A stretch of DNA of 64,000 bases, taken from contig NC_057719.1 in the NCBI RefSeq assembly GCF_004010195.1, positions 27,943,072-28,007,071 of the forward strand, given 5' to 3'. A program made the position numbers and the translations under genes. Every line of letters starts with the position of its first letter. The first letter of the stretch is position 1. The DNA is from Chiloscyllium plagiosum (taxonomy: Eukaryota). Under the pieces are notes generated by a model. It had not been told where the DNA came from, did not search any database, and worked only from the letters and a program-made list of their open reading frames with translations. Below are positions 1 through 12,621 of this stretch, one piece after another.

Positions 1-202
1 CTCTATGCTACTTTCTCCCCACCCCCACCCTCCTCTAGCTTATCTCTCCACGCTTCAGGCTCACTGCCTTTATTCCTGATGAAGGGCTTTTGCCCGAAAC
101 GTCGATTTCAAAGCTCCTCGGATGCTGCCTGAACTGCTGTGCTCTTTCAGCACCATTAATTCAGAATCTGGTTTCCAGCATCTGCAGTCATTGTTTTTAC
201 CT
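1..202 (+). mobile_element. 3' terminal repeat of a Penelope-like / PLE-derived short element with a hammerhead core
   Basis: cctgatgaagggcttttgcccgaaacgtcg followed by ggatgctgcctga...ccagcatctgcagtc, a terminus repeated many times in the window. Confidence 0.75.
75..105 (+). ncRNA. Minimal hammerhead ribozyme motif
   Basis: CTGATGA - stem II GGGC/TTTT/GCCC - GAAAC, in a Penelope-type terminal repeat. Confidence 0.65.
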
Positions 203-759
203 TGTATCTAACATAACACAAGACACTTTTGGACTTTAATTAAGGGATATGGGTATCTATGGGGAAAATTAAATGGAGGTCAAATATCAGCCATGATCTT
301 ACTGTATGGCCTACTATCACTCCTAAGACTGTGGTTTTTATAGGTTATGTTACATACTTCAACCCGGCAAATTACATTGCAAGAATAGAATGACCTCCAG
401 CAGGATGTGACAAACAGTTTCCACTCAGGAATTGACTATAACTCACTTGTCTTGGTGTCAGTGTTTGTAAGCTGTCTTATAGCCTTATCACTGAATATGA
501 AATTTCAGCTTTTGTAAAGCTGCTGTGTATTAGCAATAGCCTGTTTGTAATTAGTATCTCTTATTCTAAAAGCAGGCAAAAAAACCCTGAGTGCAAAAAA
601 TACCACAGATGGATTTTGTGGTGGAAATTGGATCGAAATGGGACTCGCCTCAAAGTCTGAGGCTGCCTCTAAAACAACCCTTGAATCACGTTTTCATAAA
701 GCCAGTATCTAAGTGCAGTTTGCCGGCTATGGGCTTTATCAAATTGGCTGGCATTTTTA

Positions 760-1420
760 AAATTCATTCACAGGATTTGGGCATCAAAGTTAAAAATCAC
801 ACACATCAGGTTATAGCCCAACAGGTCTAATTGGAAGCACTAGCTTTCGGAGCCCCACTCCTTCATCAGGTGGTTGTGGAGTACACAACTGTAAGACACA
901 GAATTTATAGCTGTGTCTTACAATTGTGTACGCCACAACCACCTGATGAAAGAGCAGTGCTTCGAAAGCTAGTGCTTCCAATTTAAACCTGTTGGACTAT
1001 AACCTGGTGTTGTGTGATTTTTAACTTTGTACACCTCAGTCTAACATCGGCATCTCCATATCATGATGTGGGCATCATTGGCTAGGCCAGTATTTATTGC
1101 CCATCCCTAATTGCCCGGCAGTCAGTTAAATGTCAACCACATGTAGTCACATGTGGTTGACACTTAACTGGTCTGGAGTCACATGTAGTCCAGACCAGGT
1201 AAGGCAGGCAGTTACCTTCCCTAAAGGGCATTAGTGAACCAGACATTTTGCTTTTCAACAATGGATTCTTTATTAGATCCTTAATTCCAGTATTTCTTTT
1301 ATTCTTGGATTCAAATTTCACCACTTGCCATGGCAGGATTCGAACCCAGATCCCCAGAACATTACCTGGGCCTCTGGAGTAACAGTCTAGTGATAGTACT
1401 ATGAGACTATCACCTTCCAG
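760..1420 (-). mobile_element. Deu-domain (SacSINE1-like) SINE, interrupted by a Penelope palindrome
   Basis: ctggagtcacatgtagtccagaccaggtaagg...cttccctaaagggcattagtgaaccag Deu-like core; reverse tRNA-like head (ggattcgaacc). Related copies at 20330 and 31638. Confidence 0.6.
787..1064. mobile_element. Penelope pseudo-LTR fold-back insertion
   Basis: Arms ~787-900 and ~911-1028 are reverse complements, each with a hammerhead core. TSD gat(t/g)tgggcatca at 774-786 and 1065-1077. Confidence 0.8.
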
Positions 1421-2329
1421 TGAATGCTGAATAAGCTGGTAAGTAGTTCCTGGTGGGATGTACTGAACAGGATGAGGTGAGTGGCCTGCACTACTGCCGT
1501 GTAAACCACATGATTTCGTTATCCCCAATCTGAGATAAATCGTTTAAAAAAATACTCTCTCATTTTCTTTCAGAGGGCCCCAAGGCTTTGCTTAGGCTTC
1601 AGTAGATCCAATTTCTGATGGATGTCTAAAACAATATTTAAAGACTTGGTAAGCATTTTCGAGGAGCCGAACATGTGTTTCAGCTGGATGCCCTGAACAA
1701 TTGCATAATGCAGCTTCCAGTTTGGCAGCCAGACAACTGGCTTGGAATACTATCTTATGTTGAAATCATGGAACAGGAAGTCTGATGAGCAACAGTTCAA
1801 CAGTGACTAGATTTACATGCTCCCACTATTGAGTTTAAAAGTTTTGTCTGTGATTAGTGACTTGGGGAAGGTTCACTTTGTCAGCTTGTATGAGAACATT
1901 CCAAATGCTCTGGTGCAAGTAAGTACCGTAGCCGCCTCTGTTCCCCGAACATTTCGATTTAAGTTGCCTGAAGTATTGCTGCAGTCAGAAGCTTAAGCTG
2001 CAACCTTACCCTCCATTAGTGCCTCCTGCCATCGACAGGCATAGAATGACATCATTTGAATTCCTGCCAAAATCAATAACAGCAAGGCAAAGTGGATATT
2101 TGTTCATTCGAACTGTGTGTGAATATTCAGGGGAAAGTTAACACACAAAACATCCATGCTCAGCTTGAATTCTGTTTTCAAAATATTAACTTGTATTTGG
2201 GACTGTGTTTTGCATTGTGGAAGGGAAATGGGAGATGGGACTGTTTCCTGACCCCCAGAGCAGCACTAGGAGGTGTAAACAGTATTTTTTTAAATGATTT
2301 TGACTGTCATGGTGAAAATGCTGGAAAAA

Positions 2330-2636
2330 CAGGAATCAATGAGTACCAGAGGACAAACTCTCTGCTGTTTGGAGTCATACCTGGCACATAGGTAGATGGC
2401 CATGTTTGTTAGAAGTCAGTCATCTCAGTTCCAGGATATCTCTGCAGGAGTTCTTCAGGGTAGTGTACCAGGCCTAACTATCTTCAGCTGCTTTGGCAAT
2501 GATTTTCCCTCCATCGTAAGGTCAGAAGCGAGGATGTTTGCCAAAGATTGTATTATGTTCAGCACCATTCATGACTCCTCAGATACTGAAACAGTCCATC
2601 TTCCAATGCAACAAGATCTGGACAATATCCAGGCTT
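2330..2636 (+). mobile_element. Old CR1/L2-group LINE RT fragment (3' part resumes ~6125-6305)
   Basis: GVLQGSVPGLTIFSCFGND...MFAKDC...QQDLDNIQA, RT motifs 4-5. Confidence 0.75.
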
Positions 2637-3734
2637 CTGAACCGGGGGGTACCAATATCCTGGGGGGGAAATTCGCTAAGGCTATTGGGGTGGGTTTAAA
2701 CTAATCCAGCAGGGGGATGGGAACCAAAATTGTAGTTTGAGTATAGAAAAGGTTGAGAGTAACGAGGTCCAAAATCAAGTTTCAGGGACACAAGATGGCA
2801 CTGGTAAGCAGGAAGGTGGTTTGAAGTGTGTCTACTTCAACACCAGGAGCATCCGGAATAAGGTGGGTGAACGTGCAGCATGAGTTGGTACCTGGGACTT
2901 CGATGTTGTGGCCATTTCGGAGACATGGATAGAGCAGGGACAGGAATGGTTGTTGAAGGTTCCAGGATTTAGATGTTTCAGTAAGAACAGAGAAGATGGT
3001 AAAAGAGGGGGAGGTGTGGCATTGTTGGTCAAAGACAGTATTACAGTTGCAGAAAGGATGTTTGGGGACTCGTCAACTGAGGTAGTATGGGCTGCGGTTA
3101 GAAACAGGAAAGGAGAGGTCACCCTGTTGGGAGTTTTCTATGGGCCTCCGAATAATTCCAGAGATGTAGAGGAAAGGATAGCAAAGATGATTCTCAATAG
3201 GAGTGAGAGAGACAGGGTAGTTGTCATGGGGTCTTCAACTTTCCAAATATTGTACTATAGTATGAGTACTATAGATGGGTCAGTTTTTATCCAGTGTGTG
3301 CAGGAGGGCTTCCTGACACAGTACGCAGACAGGCCAACAAGGGGCGAAGCCACATTAGATTTGGTACTGGGTAATGAGCCCGGCCAGGTGTTAGACTTGG
3401 AAGTAGGTGAGCACTTTGGTGATAGCGATCACAATTCTGTTATGTTTACTTTAGTGATAGAAAGGGATAGGTGCATACCACTGGGCAAGAGTTACAGCTG
3501 GGGGAAAGGCAATTACGATGTGATTAGGCAAGATTTAGAAGCATAGGATGTGGAAGGAAACTGCAGGAGATGGGCACATTAGAAATGTGGAGCTTATTCA
3601 ATGAAAAGCTCCTGTGTGTCCTAGATAAGTATTTACCTGTCAGGCAGGGAGGAAGCTGTAGAGCGCGGGTGCCATGGTTTACGAAGGAAGTGGAATCTCT
3701 GGTCAAGAGGAAGAAGAAGGTTTATGTTTAGGAT

Positions 3735-4714
3735 GATTTGGAGATGCTGGTGTTGGACTGGGGTGTACAAAGTTAAAAATCACACAACACCAGGTTATAG
3801 TCCAACAGGTTTAATTGGAAGCACTAGCTTTTGCAGTGTCGCTCCTTCATCAGGTGATAGTGGAGGGCTCAATCCTAACACAGAATTTGGAGCAAAAATT
3901 TACAGTGATGTAACTGAAATTATACATTGAAAAATTGATTGTTAAGTCTTTCATCTTTTTGAATACCATGATAGTTTCACTTCTTTCATCTGTAAATCAC
4001 AAAACCGTTTTTTAAAAGTTGCATTCTCAGGTTAGCTGTTAACAATGGATGATAACTAGACAATACGTTGAAGGTGTTAGCCCCCTATGTTCTCTGTCTA
4101 TGCCATGATGTTTAGTGAGATAATGGAGTTTTACATGAATTCATGCAGTTTTTGAGCTCAGAGTTTTACATGAATGCATGCAGTTTTTGAGCAAAGTACA
4201 ATGTAATCCTGCAAGTAGAAATTTACCCCACAAAATATATGTATGTATGTGGGTCTTCGTCTGTGTGTGTCTGTCTGGGTTGGGGGTTGTGAGTGTGAGA
4301 AAGTGTATGTGTGTAGTGAGTATAGAGTGTCTTAAGTCTGTGAGAGGGTGCATGTGTGAGTGTGGGAGTGTGTGTGTCTGTAAGGGGGTGTGTGGGTGTC
4401 TGTGTGCGCGTCTGTGTATATGTGTGTCCATGTGTATGTGTGTATAGGAGTGCCTCTGTGTGTGTGTGTGTGTGTGTATAGTGCAATTGTGGTCACCTGT
4501 AATGTGGCATGAACTCATACACGCACTCATTCATACGTACATACGCACGGACACACATATACAGAGACGTGCACACAGACACCCACACACCCCCTTACAG
4601 ACACACACACTCCCACACTCACACATGCACCCTCTCACAGACTTAAGACACTCTACACTCACTACACACATACACTTTCTCACACTCACAACCCCCAACC
4701 CAGACAGACACACA
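3735..4714 (-). mobile_element. Penelope-like element 3' region with internal inversion, inserted in CR1
   Basis: Reverse pLTR with ttcatcagg hammerhead remnant and a (TG)-rich tract. 4531-4714 is an inverted copy of part of 4260-4450. Homologous to 28950-29640. Confidence 0.8.
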
Positions 4715-5110
4715 NNNNNNNNNNNNNNNNNNNNNNNNNNNNNNNNNNNNNNNNNNNNNNNNNNNNNNNNNNNNNNNNNNNNNNNNNNNNNNNNNNNNNN
4801 NNNNNNNNNNNNNNNNNNNNNNNNNNNNNNNNNNNNNNNNNNNNNNNNNNNNNNNNNNNNNNNNNNNNNNNNNNNNNNNNNNNNNNNNNNNNNNNNNNNN
4901 NNNNNNNNNNNNNNNNNNNNNNNNNNNNNNNNNNNNNNNNNNNNNNNNNNNNNNNNNNNNNNNNNNNNNNNNNNNNNNNNNNNNNNNNNNNNNNNNNNNN
5001 NNNNNNNNNNNNNNNNNNNNNNNNNNNNNNNNNNNNNNNNNNNNNNNNNNNNNNNNNNNNNNNNNNNNNNNNNNNNNNNNNNNNNNNNNNNNNNNNNNNN
5101 NNNNNNNNNN
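4715..5110. other. Assembly gap
   Basis: N run. Confidence 1.
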
Positions 5111-6711
5111 GGGTAAACCCTAAGGCTTTCTATAGGTATTTAAGGAATAAAAGAATGACAAGAGTAAGATTAGGGCCAATCAAGGATAGTAGTGGGAAGT
5201 TGTGTGTGGAGTCAGAGGAAATAGGGGAAGCACTTAATGAATATTTTTTGACAGTATTCACTCTAGAAAACGACAATGTTGTTGAGGAGAATACTGAGAT
5301 ATAGGCTACTAGAGTAGGTGGGATTGAGATTCACAAGGAAGAGGTATTAGAAATCCTGCAGAGTGTGAAAATAGAAAAGTCCCCTGGGCCGGATGTGATT
5401 TATCCTAGGATCCTCTGGGAAGCCAGGGAGGAGATTGCCGAGCCTTTGGCATTGATCTTTAAATCGTCATTGTCTACAGGAACAGTGCAAGAAGACTGGA
5501 GGATAGCAAATGTGGTTTCCCTGTTCAAGAAGGGGAATAGAGACAACCCTGGTAATTATAGACCAGTGAGCCTTACTTCGGTTATTGGTAAAGTGTTGGA
5601 AAAGGTTATAAGAAATTTATAATCATCTAGAAAAGAATAATTTGATTAGGGATAGTCAGCATGGTTTTGTGAAGGGTAGGTCGTGCCTCACAAACCTTAT
5701 TGAGTTCTTTGAGAAGGTGACCAAACAGGTAGATGAGAGTAAACTGGTTGATGTGGTGTATATGGATTTCTGCAAGGCGTTCGATAAGGTTCCCCACACT
5801 AAAGTATTGTACAAAATGCGGAGGAATGGGATTGTGGGAGATATAGCAGTTTGGATCAGTAATTGGCTTGCTGAAAGAAGACAGAGGGTGGTGGTTGATG
5901 GGAAATGTTCATTCTGGAGTCCAGTTACCAGTGGTGTACCGCAAGGGTCGGTGTTGGGTCCACTGCTGTTCGTCATTTTTATAAATGACCTGGATGAGGG
6001 CGTAGAAGGCTGGGTTAGTAAATTTGCAGACGACTAAGGTTGGTGGAGTTGTGGATAGTGACGAAGGATGTTGTAGGTTACAGAGAGACATAGATAAGCT
6101 GCAGAGCTGGGCTATGAGGCCCAGGCTCACTTTCACTGGGTCAAATTCTGAGATTCCCTCCCTAAGGACATTGTTGGTCAACCCACAGCAGGTGGCCTGT
6201 TAAGATGACAGGCTCATCACCACCTTTTCAAGGGAAACCAGGGATGGGCAATGAATTCCACCCAGCCAGCAATGCCAATATCCCACAACTGAATAAAGAA
6301 AAAGAGCTGTAGATTAAGCTCTCAAAGTTGGGAGAAAAATCAGAGACCTTCCAGCTTGAGAGGAAATAGCTAGCTGCAGTAAAGTGTACGTGGCTGAGAG
6401 AGTAATTCAAAGTGGAAGTATCTTCTCACCAATTTTTTCATAACTTTAATTTAAGAACACAGGCGTAGGCTTCCACTATAAGAGTGGATGGGAGGTGGAA
6501 TGGAGCAGGAGGTGACATCTCTGTACAAGATGGTCTTTAGTTGTACCAACACAATAGGCAAAGAGGGTCTCTAGGCCTGCCTGGAGTACTGGCACTGCAG
6601 CCTGCCAGGGGGTGTCTGGTTCCAGGGTCCATCTGTCTAGCCCTGTAGTGAGGGAGAATTTGTGATGAGGGCAAGTCTGTGAGACTGACAGCGTCTAGTC
6701 AAGAAATTTCA

Positions 6712-7512
6712 AGTAAGATGGTGCTGGAGTAGCACTTCTGAGCCCCAGGCTTGTCTGCTTCATCTGCTTTTCTTTTCATCTCTTTTTTTCTCTCTTTGCT
6801 TTTTTTCTCTCTTTGCTTTTTTTTTCTTTTTTACTATTTAATTTTACTTATCACTTGGCGAAGAGCTGGGTTGTGGTGATGGCATCGGCGGCAATGAGTG
6901 AGCCCAGCGTGGACTTGAGTGTGCCCAAAGTGAACTCGTGGTAGCAGCTTCGAAGGCAAATTTGGGTTCCCAGCGGTTTCTGGATCGCTGGGGTGGTCCT
7001 CGTGTCAGCTCGTGGCTGCAGCAGATGTACGTTTGGGTTCCTGGTGGCATCCATGTCCAGTGCAGGTTTGTGGAGGTGTCAACAGAGATGATTTCGCGAA
7101 ACACGGTGACATCAACAATGGCTGCATCGGCGAGGTAGGCCCAAAGGGACTCATGGTCACTGTGGAGTCGACTTTGGGTTGGTGTGGTACCCAGTGGCAT
7201 CATTGGCATCTGCATTGGCGAGGACAAATGAGGATTCATAATGGCAACATGGCAACAAAGAGTGGTGATTTTTGTTTCAGTGGTGACACAATGAAGGGGA
7301 TTGGTGCCCATGGCCCTTGAGCCATGGTGGAGCACTTAACAAGAAATAGTGTAAAGTTGAACACTTTTCTTTATTTCTTCAATTTTTTGACTTTATAGCC
7401 AACATTCTAGTTTATTTTTCTACATTCTAGGATAGTGCCAGAGCGTGGTGATAGCACTTCTCACTGTATTTTGCAACAAAATACACATGACAATAAATAA
7501 ATCCATTTGAAT
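6712..7512 (+). mobile_element. Putative non-autonomous retroelement with a Rex1/Babar-like 3' tail
   Basis: Starts aagatgg and ends cactgtattt...tacacatgacaataaataaat, matching the tail of the Rex-type LINE at 60070-60090. No RT coding. Confidence 0.45.
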
Positions 7513-7749
7513 TAAAGAATCTGCATACTGATGACATTTGCATGAAGGCCGTTTGACACTAACGTTGGGACAGAAGTCTTCCGGCGGCAGCATCTGTGAC
7601 TGAGCAGCAGTTTCCGGACACGCTCTGTCCACCCCAAGTGGGGAGAGGTTAGGAAAAATACCCTAAGATAGACTATCTCCCATTTTCCTGACCAGAGAAA
7701 CACACACTTGTGGGATCACCACCTTGGTGATCAAATAAAGAAAGTTTCA

Positions 7750-9100
7750 GATTTTCAAACTTGGGATGTTAGAACACTCATAAATAATCTCAAATCATTA
7801 TTTGGTTAAAAAAAACAAACTGCAATTGTATCATGTGAGCAGTCAAGAAGCCGAGCTGACATTGCTGCTGCAGTGCTTTCCTAGAGGAGTAGCTAAAGGA
7901 ACAAACAAAGGAATGCACCTCTTACTCAAATGGAAAAATTGACAGAGGTTCTTATGTTTACAGAACTGGCGTTCCCACCTTGAACAGGATCTTGCATGTT
8001 CACTGGAATTTCCGAGTTTTAAAAATAGAGGGCAAATGAATCCTCCCCTATCACACAGCCATAGCCAGTTTGCCACCATCATCAGCATTTTTGCCCTGAC
8101 CTTTGACTCCAGTGAATATGTTAAGGATGTTCAATATTCTGAATTTGGTGATGTTCTCAAAGGAGGAAAAGACTACCTTTCTGGGGCCCCCTTAGTGACT
8201 GGGTTGGTAGGAAATCTAATATCTAGAGCAGAACCACTCGGGAAAAGAAATTGGGAAAAGCAAATGTAAGTGGCATCCTCCTGTTAACAAGTGTGCTCAG
8301 CATGATCTTATTATAAATACCATCTTGAGACAGAAAGAAAAATGGTAAACCACATGAGGATATCCTAAATCTGCTGGACAGATCAGACTTGTTCAATAGA
8401 TGATAAATTTCCATAAAGCACCAAGACATCGCAAGACCTGCAAGTCCAAGAGGAAGATCAATGTCATTGCACTAAAGCAGCCTAATCAGCCAGTCTGCAA
8501 AATGCTCAAATACCCAACACGATTCCAGAAGTTTGGGATCGAATAAAGTTGCAGTACCAGACAGCTACGCTCAGGCCATTGTGTTTCAGTATCATCATTA
8601 TCATAGGTGTGGTTTGATGAAGAGAGTGCTGAAATATGCAGCCTCCGAGAACAAATATTCGTGATCTTAAAATGCCTAGCAGACCAACCTAAGGTCACAA
8701 GTCAAGAAGGTAGCATCCCAAAACTCCAAGCTAATGCTAAAAAGCAAATCTGGAAGATAGAAGATGTGTTGTAGAAAGACAGCCTAAGGGATCCAACTGT
8801 CTGTCGACACTCATGATATGCAAACTTTTTTAGATGTCAACTTGGCACTATGTTAAATGAACAAAATCCCCTTTACTCATAGATGGTATTTCTTCTCTGA
8901 GGGAAAACAATTCCAGGAAGAAGCTCGCCAACTGAATCTATGGCTAATTCTCTTCAGGCTATTCTGCAGTGGAATCCATGGGCAAACCATCATTGATGGT
9001 GCCCTATATTCAGACCAATACAGAGATGACACTAGTTTCTAGCAAGTTTACTTACAGGAATTTACAATTATCCCTGTGTTTGAATATCACAGATGAGAAA
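7750..9100 (+). mobile_element. Highly decayed RTE-clade LINE (APE and RT remnants)
   Basis: TWDVRTL, ADIAA, ATIISIFALTFDSSEYVKD, GILLLT.CAQHDLII.NT; LILFRLFCSGIHGQTIIDG resembles the RTE RT region. Confidence 0.7.
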
Positions 9101-9326
9101 GCTGCAATAATCAATCCAAAATATGAGAATAAACAAAGCCAGTAACTTTAATGGCATTCTAGTAGTTTTTAAAGCTGTTGAAATTTTGCACATATTAAGG
9201 CTACGTATTGCGGTGCCATGGTAAATATTGTTATCTCAAATCCAGAAGTTCTAGGTTCAAATCCTATTTACTACGGCGATGTGTTATAACAAGCCTGAAA
9301 AGGTTAACTAAATAAATTTTTTCAAG

Positions 9327-9660
9327 AAGTGCTAACCACTGAGCCACCGTGGTTAGCACTGCTGCCTCACAGCGCCAGGGACCTGGGTTCGATTCCCACC
9401 TCGGGCGACTGTCAGTGTGGAGTTTGCACATTCTCCCCGTTTCTGCGTGGGTTTCTTTCGGGTGCTCCAGTTTCCTCCCACAATCCAAAGATGCACAGGT
9501 CAGGTGAATTGGCCATGCTAAATTTTCCATAGTGTTAGGTGCATTAGTCAGGGGTAAATATAGGGTGGGGTAATGGGTCTGGGCGGGTTGCTTTTCGGAG
9601 GCTCAGTGTGGACTTGTTGGGCCGAAGGGCCTGTTTCCATACTGTAGGGTATCTAATTTT
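9327..9660 (+). mobile_element. HE1-type tRNA-derived SINE with a short 5' inversion
   Basis: gtggttagcactgctgcctcacagcgccagggacctgggttcgattccc head, V-domain gtgtggagtttgcacattctccccgt, HER1-like tail. Confidence 0.9.
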
Positions 9661-10006
9661 GTGCCTCATCCTACAAACTTGGCAGAATAAAAGACTTCCT
9701 GCTCCGCCCCCTCCAAATTCAGGATTCTATCTATCTTCAAGAAGGAAAGTAAATCGGTGCTGTGGAAATTGTCCTTCCCTCTTGTCCATAGGAGGGAAAA
9801 TCCAAACACATATTCTCCTGTATTGTGTGCTGCTTTCAAAGAAACTGTTACTTGGTCTTTCTTCATTGACAAATCCAAGAAAAATGTTGAGAACACCACC
9901 AGACCTTTTCATTACATTAATTGAACTGGCCAAAGCCAGTAAATGAATAATAATAAAAAAGAGGCTCTGTGCAATCTGCTTGAAAGATTTGAATGTCTAA
10001 GAAACT

Positions 10007-11536
10007 TTTTTATTCATTCACAGGATGTGGGCATCACAAGCTAGACCAGCATTTATTATCCATCCCTAAATGTGCTTGAAAAGGTGACAGTGAACCGGTT
10101 ACTTGAACTGCTCCAGTCCCCATTACACAGGCTCACCCTGAAGTGTCATTAGGGACTGAGTTCCAGGATTTTATTCCAGTCATGGTGACAGAATGGTGTA
10201 TAATTTCATGTCAGGCTGGTGAGTGGTTTGGAGGGGAACTTCAGATGATGGTATTGTCATTGAACTGCTGTGTTTGTCCTTCTAGATTGTAATGGTCCTG
10301 TTTTCAAAATGTGCTGTCTAAGGAGCCTGTTGAGCCTTTGGAGCATACCTTGCAGGTGGCACAGTTTGCTGTCAGAGAGCATCAGCGGTGGAGGAAGTGA
10401 ACGTTGAAAGTGATGGACGTGGTGTCAATCAAGTGGTCTGTTTTCTCCTGGATGGTATCAATTGTCTTGAATGTTGTTGGAGCTACATCCATCCAGGCAA
10501 GTGGGGAGCATTCCATCACACGCCTGATTGTGTCTTGGAGATGATGGACAGGCTTTGAGGAGTCAAGAGTGCATTACCTGTACAAACATACAAATTAGGA
10601 ACACAAGTAGGCCATTCAACCTTCTGAGCCTGCTCTGCCATTCAGTATGACTGATCTGATTGAAACCCCAAATCCACATTCCAGCCTAACCTGATAGCCT
10701 TTCACCTCTGCGTTTAACAACAAACAATTTACCTCAGCTTTAAAAAGATTCAAGGACAGTGCTTCCATCGTATTTTTAAGGAAAGAGTTCCAAAGATTTG
10801 CAACTCTCTCAGAGAAAATATTTCACTTTATCTCTGTTTTAAATGGGGAACATGTGGTTTTGTAACCAGACTCAAAATAGTGTGGTTCTGGAAAAACGCA
10901 GCCAGTCAGGCAGCACCCGAGGAGCAGGACAGTCACATTTTGAGCATAAGCTCTTCATCAGGTAAGCGGAGGCGGAAGGCTCAAGGGGGTTGAGAGATAA
11001 ATGGGAGGGGATGGGGATGGGAGGAAGGTAGGTGGGAATGTGATAGGTTAATGAAGGTGGGGTGTGATGGTGATGGGGGAGTAGATATTTGGGAAGAAAG
11101 ATGGACAGATAGGACAGTTCAAGACGGCAGTGCCGAGCTGGAGGGTTGGAGCTGGGATAAGGTGGTGGTGTAGGGGGGATGAGGAAAGTGGTGAAATCGA
11201 CATTGATCCCATGTGGTTGGAGGGTCCCGAGGCCTGCTCCTTGGATGCTGCCTGACCAACTGTGCTTTTCCAGCACCACACGTTTTGACTCTGATCTCCA
11301 CCATATGCAGTCCTTACTTTCTGCATGTGATTTTGTAACCACCACAGAAATGTGGCCAATGATCTGCTCTTGTACCCATGTGATTTCTATGGCTGATCCA
11401 CTTCAATGTCTGGAGAATAGTAACTCCCAGGATGTTGATGGTGAGATTCAGCAATGATATTTTCCTTGAATGCACAAGCGATGATGTTTAGATTCTTTTG
11501 TCTTGGAGATGGTCATTGCCTGGCACTGTGTGTGCC
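10007..11536 (-). mobile_element. Old CR1/L2-group LINE 3' fragment containing a CR1 tail (~10580-10850) and a PLE-type short element (10869-11323)
   Basis: tttattcattcacaggatgtgggcatc terminus. The inner element is flanked by catgtg(g/a)ttttgtaacca at 10851-10868 and 11324-11341. Confidence 0.7.
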
Positions 11537-12034
11537 ACTGATCAACATAAACTTCACTTTGTCCATCAAGCTGCATCTAGCTTTGTGTCACAACATTTTA
11601 GTAATGAGGCAGAGTGGCAGCAGAGAAGGAAAGGAAGGAGGCAAATCCTGACTCTGTATTCATCAAACTTGTTGGATATCCTGCCTCATATATTGAAATG
11701 TATACAGATCAAGAGTAACTCTGTTCAGTCACAGCAAGAACTATTGCATAAACTTGTGATCCTATATGGACATTACCCTTGAACTGAGGAGAATCTGACA
11801 ATAATGATCATTGTGTGCACTGTAAGACATCAGTCTTTGAACTTCCAATACTTCTTTGATCTTACCTTAACACCGTTCCACCTGGATGGAAGTCTACCAT
11901 GTGTTTACAATCCTCCCGGTGAAGAATCAGATGAGATGTTTCCAGACTGAGCAAGGTTTTTCAAATTTTCTTTATTAAGTTCTTTAATATTACATGGGGC
12001 TTTTGTTAGTTAAGTCAGCATTTGTTGCCCATTG

Positions 12035-12610
12035 CTTGGGATGTCATATTAAGCTTGGTACAGGATGTTGGTGAGGCCTGTTCTAGAGTATAGTGTGCAG
12101 TTCTGGTGGCTCTGCTATATTAAAGATATTATTAAACTAAAGAGGGTTCAGAAAAGACTTATCAGGATGTTGCTGGGAATGGAGGGTTTGAGATATAAAA
12201 ATAGACTGGAAAGGCTGGATTGTAGAAAGTTAAGGGGTGACCTTAATGAGGTTTATAAAATCATGGGGGTACAGATAAGGTGAGTAGCAAGAGTCTTTTC
12301 CCTCGGGTGGGCAAGTTCAAAACTAGGGGCATATTTTCAAGGTGAGAGAAGAAAGATTTAAAAAGGATATGAGGAGCAAATTCTTTACACAGGGAGTGGT
12401 TTGTGTGTGGAATGAACTGCCAGAGAAAGTGGTGGATGCAAGTACAGTTACAACGTTTAAAAGGTATTAGCATAAGTTCACAAATAGGAAATGTTTGGAT
12501 GGTTATGGGCCAAGTGCAGGTAGGTGGGACTAGTTTAATTTGAGAACATGGTCGGCATGGACTGATTGGAATGAAGGATCTGTTTCCATGTGGTATGACT
12601 CTATGACTGT
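12035..12610 (+). mobile_element. CR1 LINE 3' fragment
   Basis: LVRPVLEYSVQFW...LRGDLNEVYKIM; (atgactct) tail. Confidence 0.9.
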
Positions 12611-12621
12611 ATCCCAGCTGT

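Larger units (their letters stand above)
2637..6115 (+). mobile_element. CR1 (HER1-like) LINE, truncated at both ends, interrupted by a Penelope element and a gap
   Basis: APE motifs AISETW, GGGVALLVK, LDLVL, SDH; RT motifs [28 protein letters not shown]. Near-identical to 43444-46140. Confidence 0.95.

Noticed and set aside
344..466. Alternative frame YVTYFNPANYIARIE*PP resembling YLSYFVNNN*HGGRIDRSP of the minus gene (possible paralogy)
   Set aside because: That frame has more stops and the wrong phase for the next exon; the short similarity could be chance.
4141..5116. HT/CV-rich ORFs and X-filled ORFs (also 44804-46294)
   Set aside because: Products of (CA)n-rich Penelope UTR sequence and N gaps.
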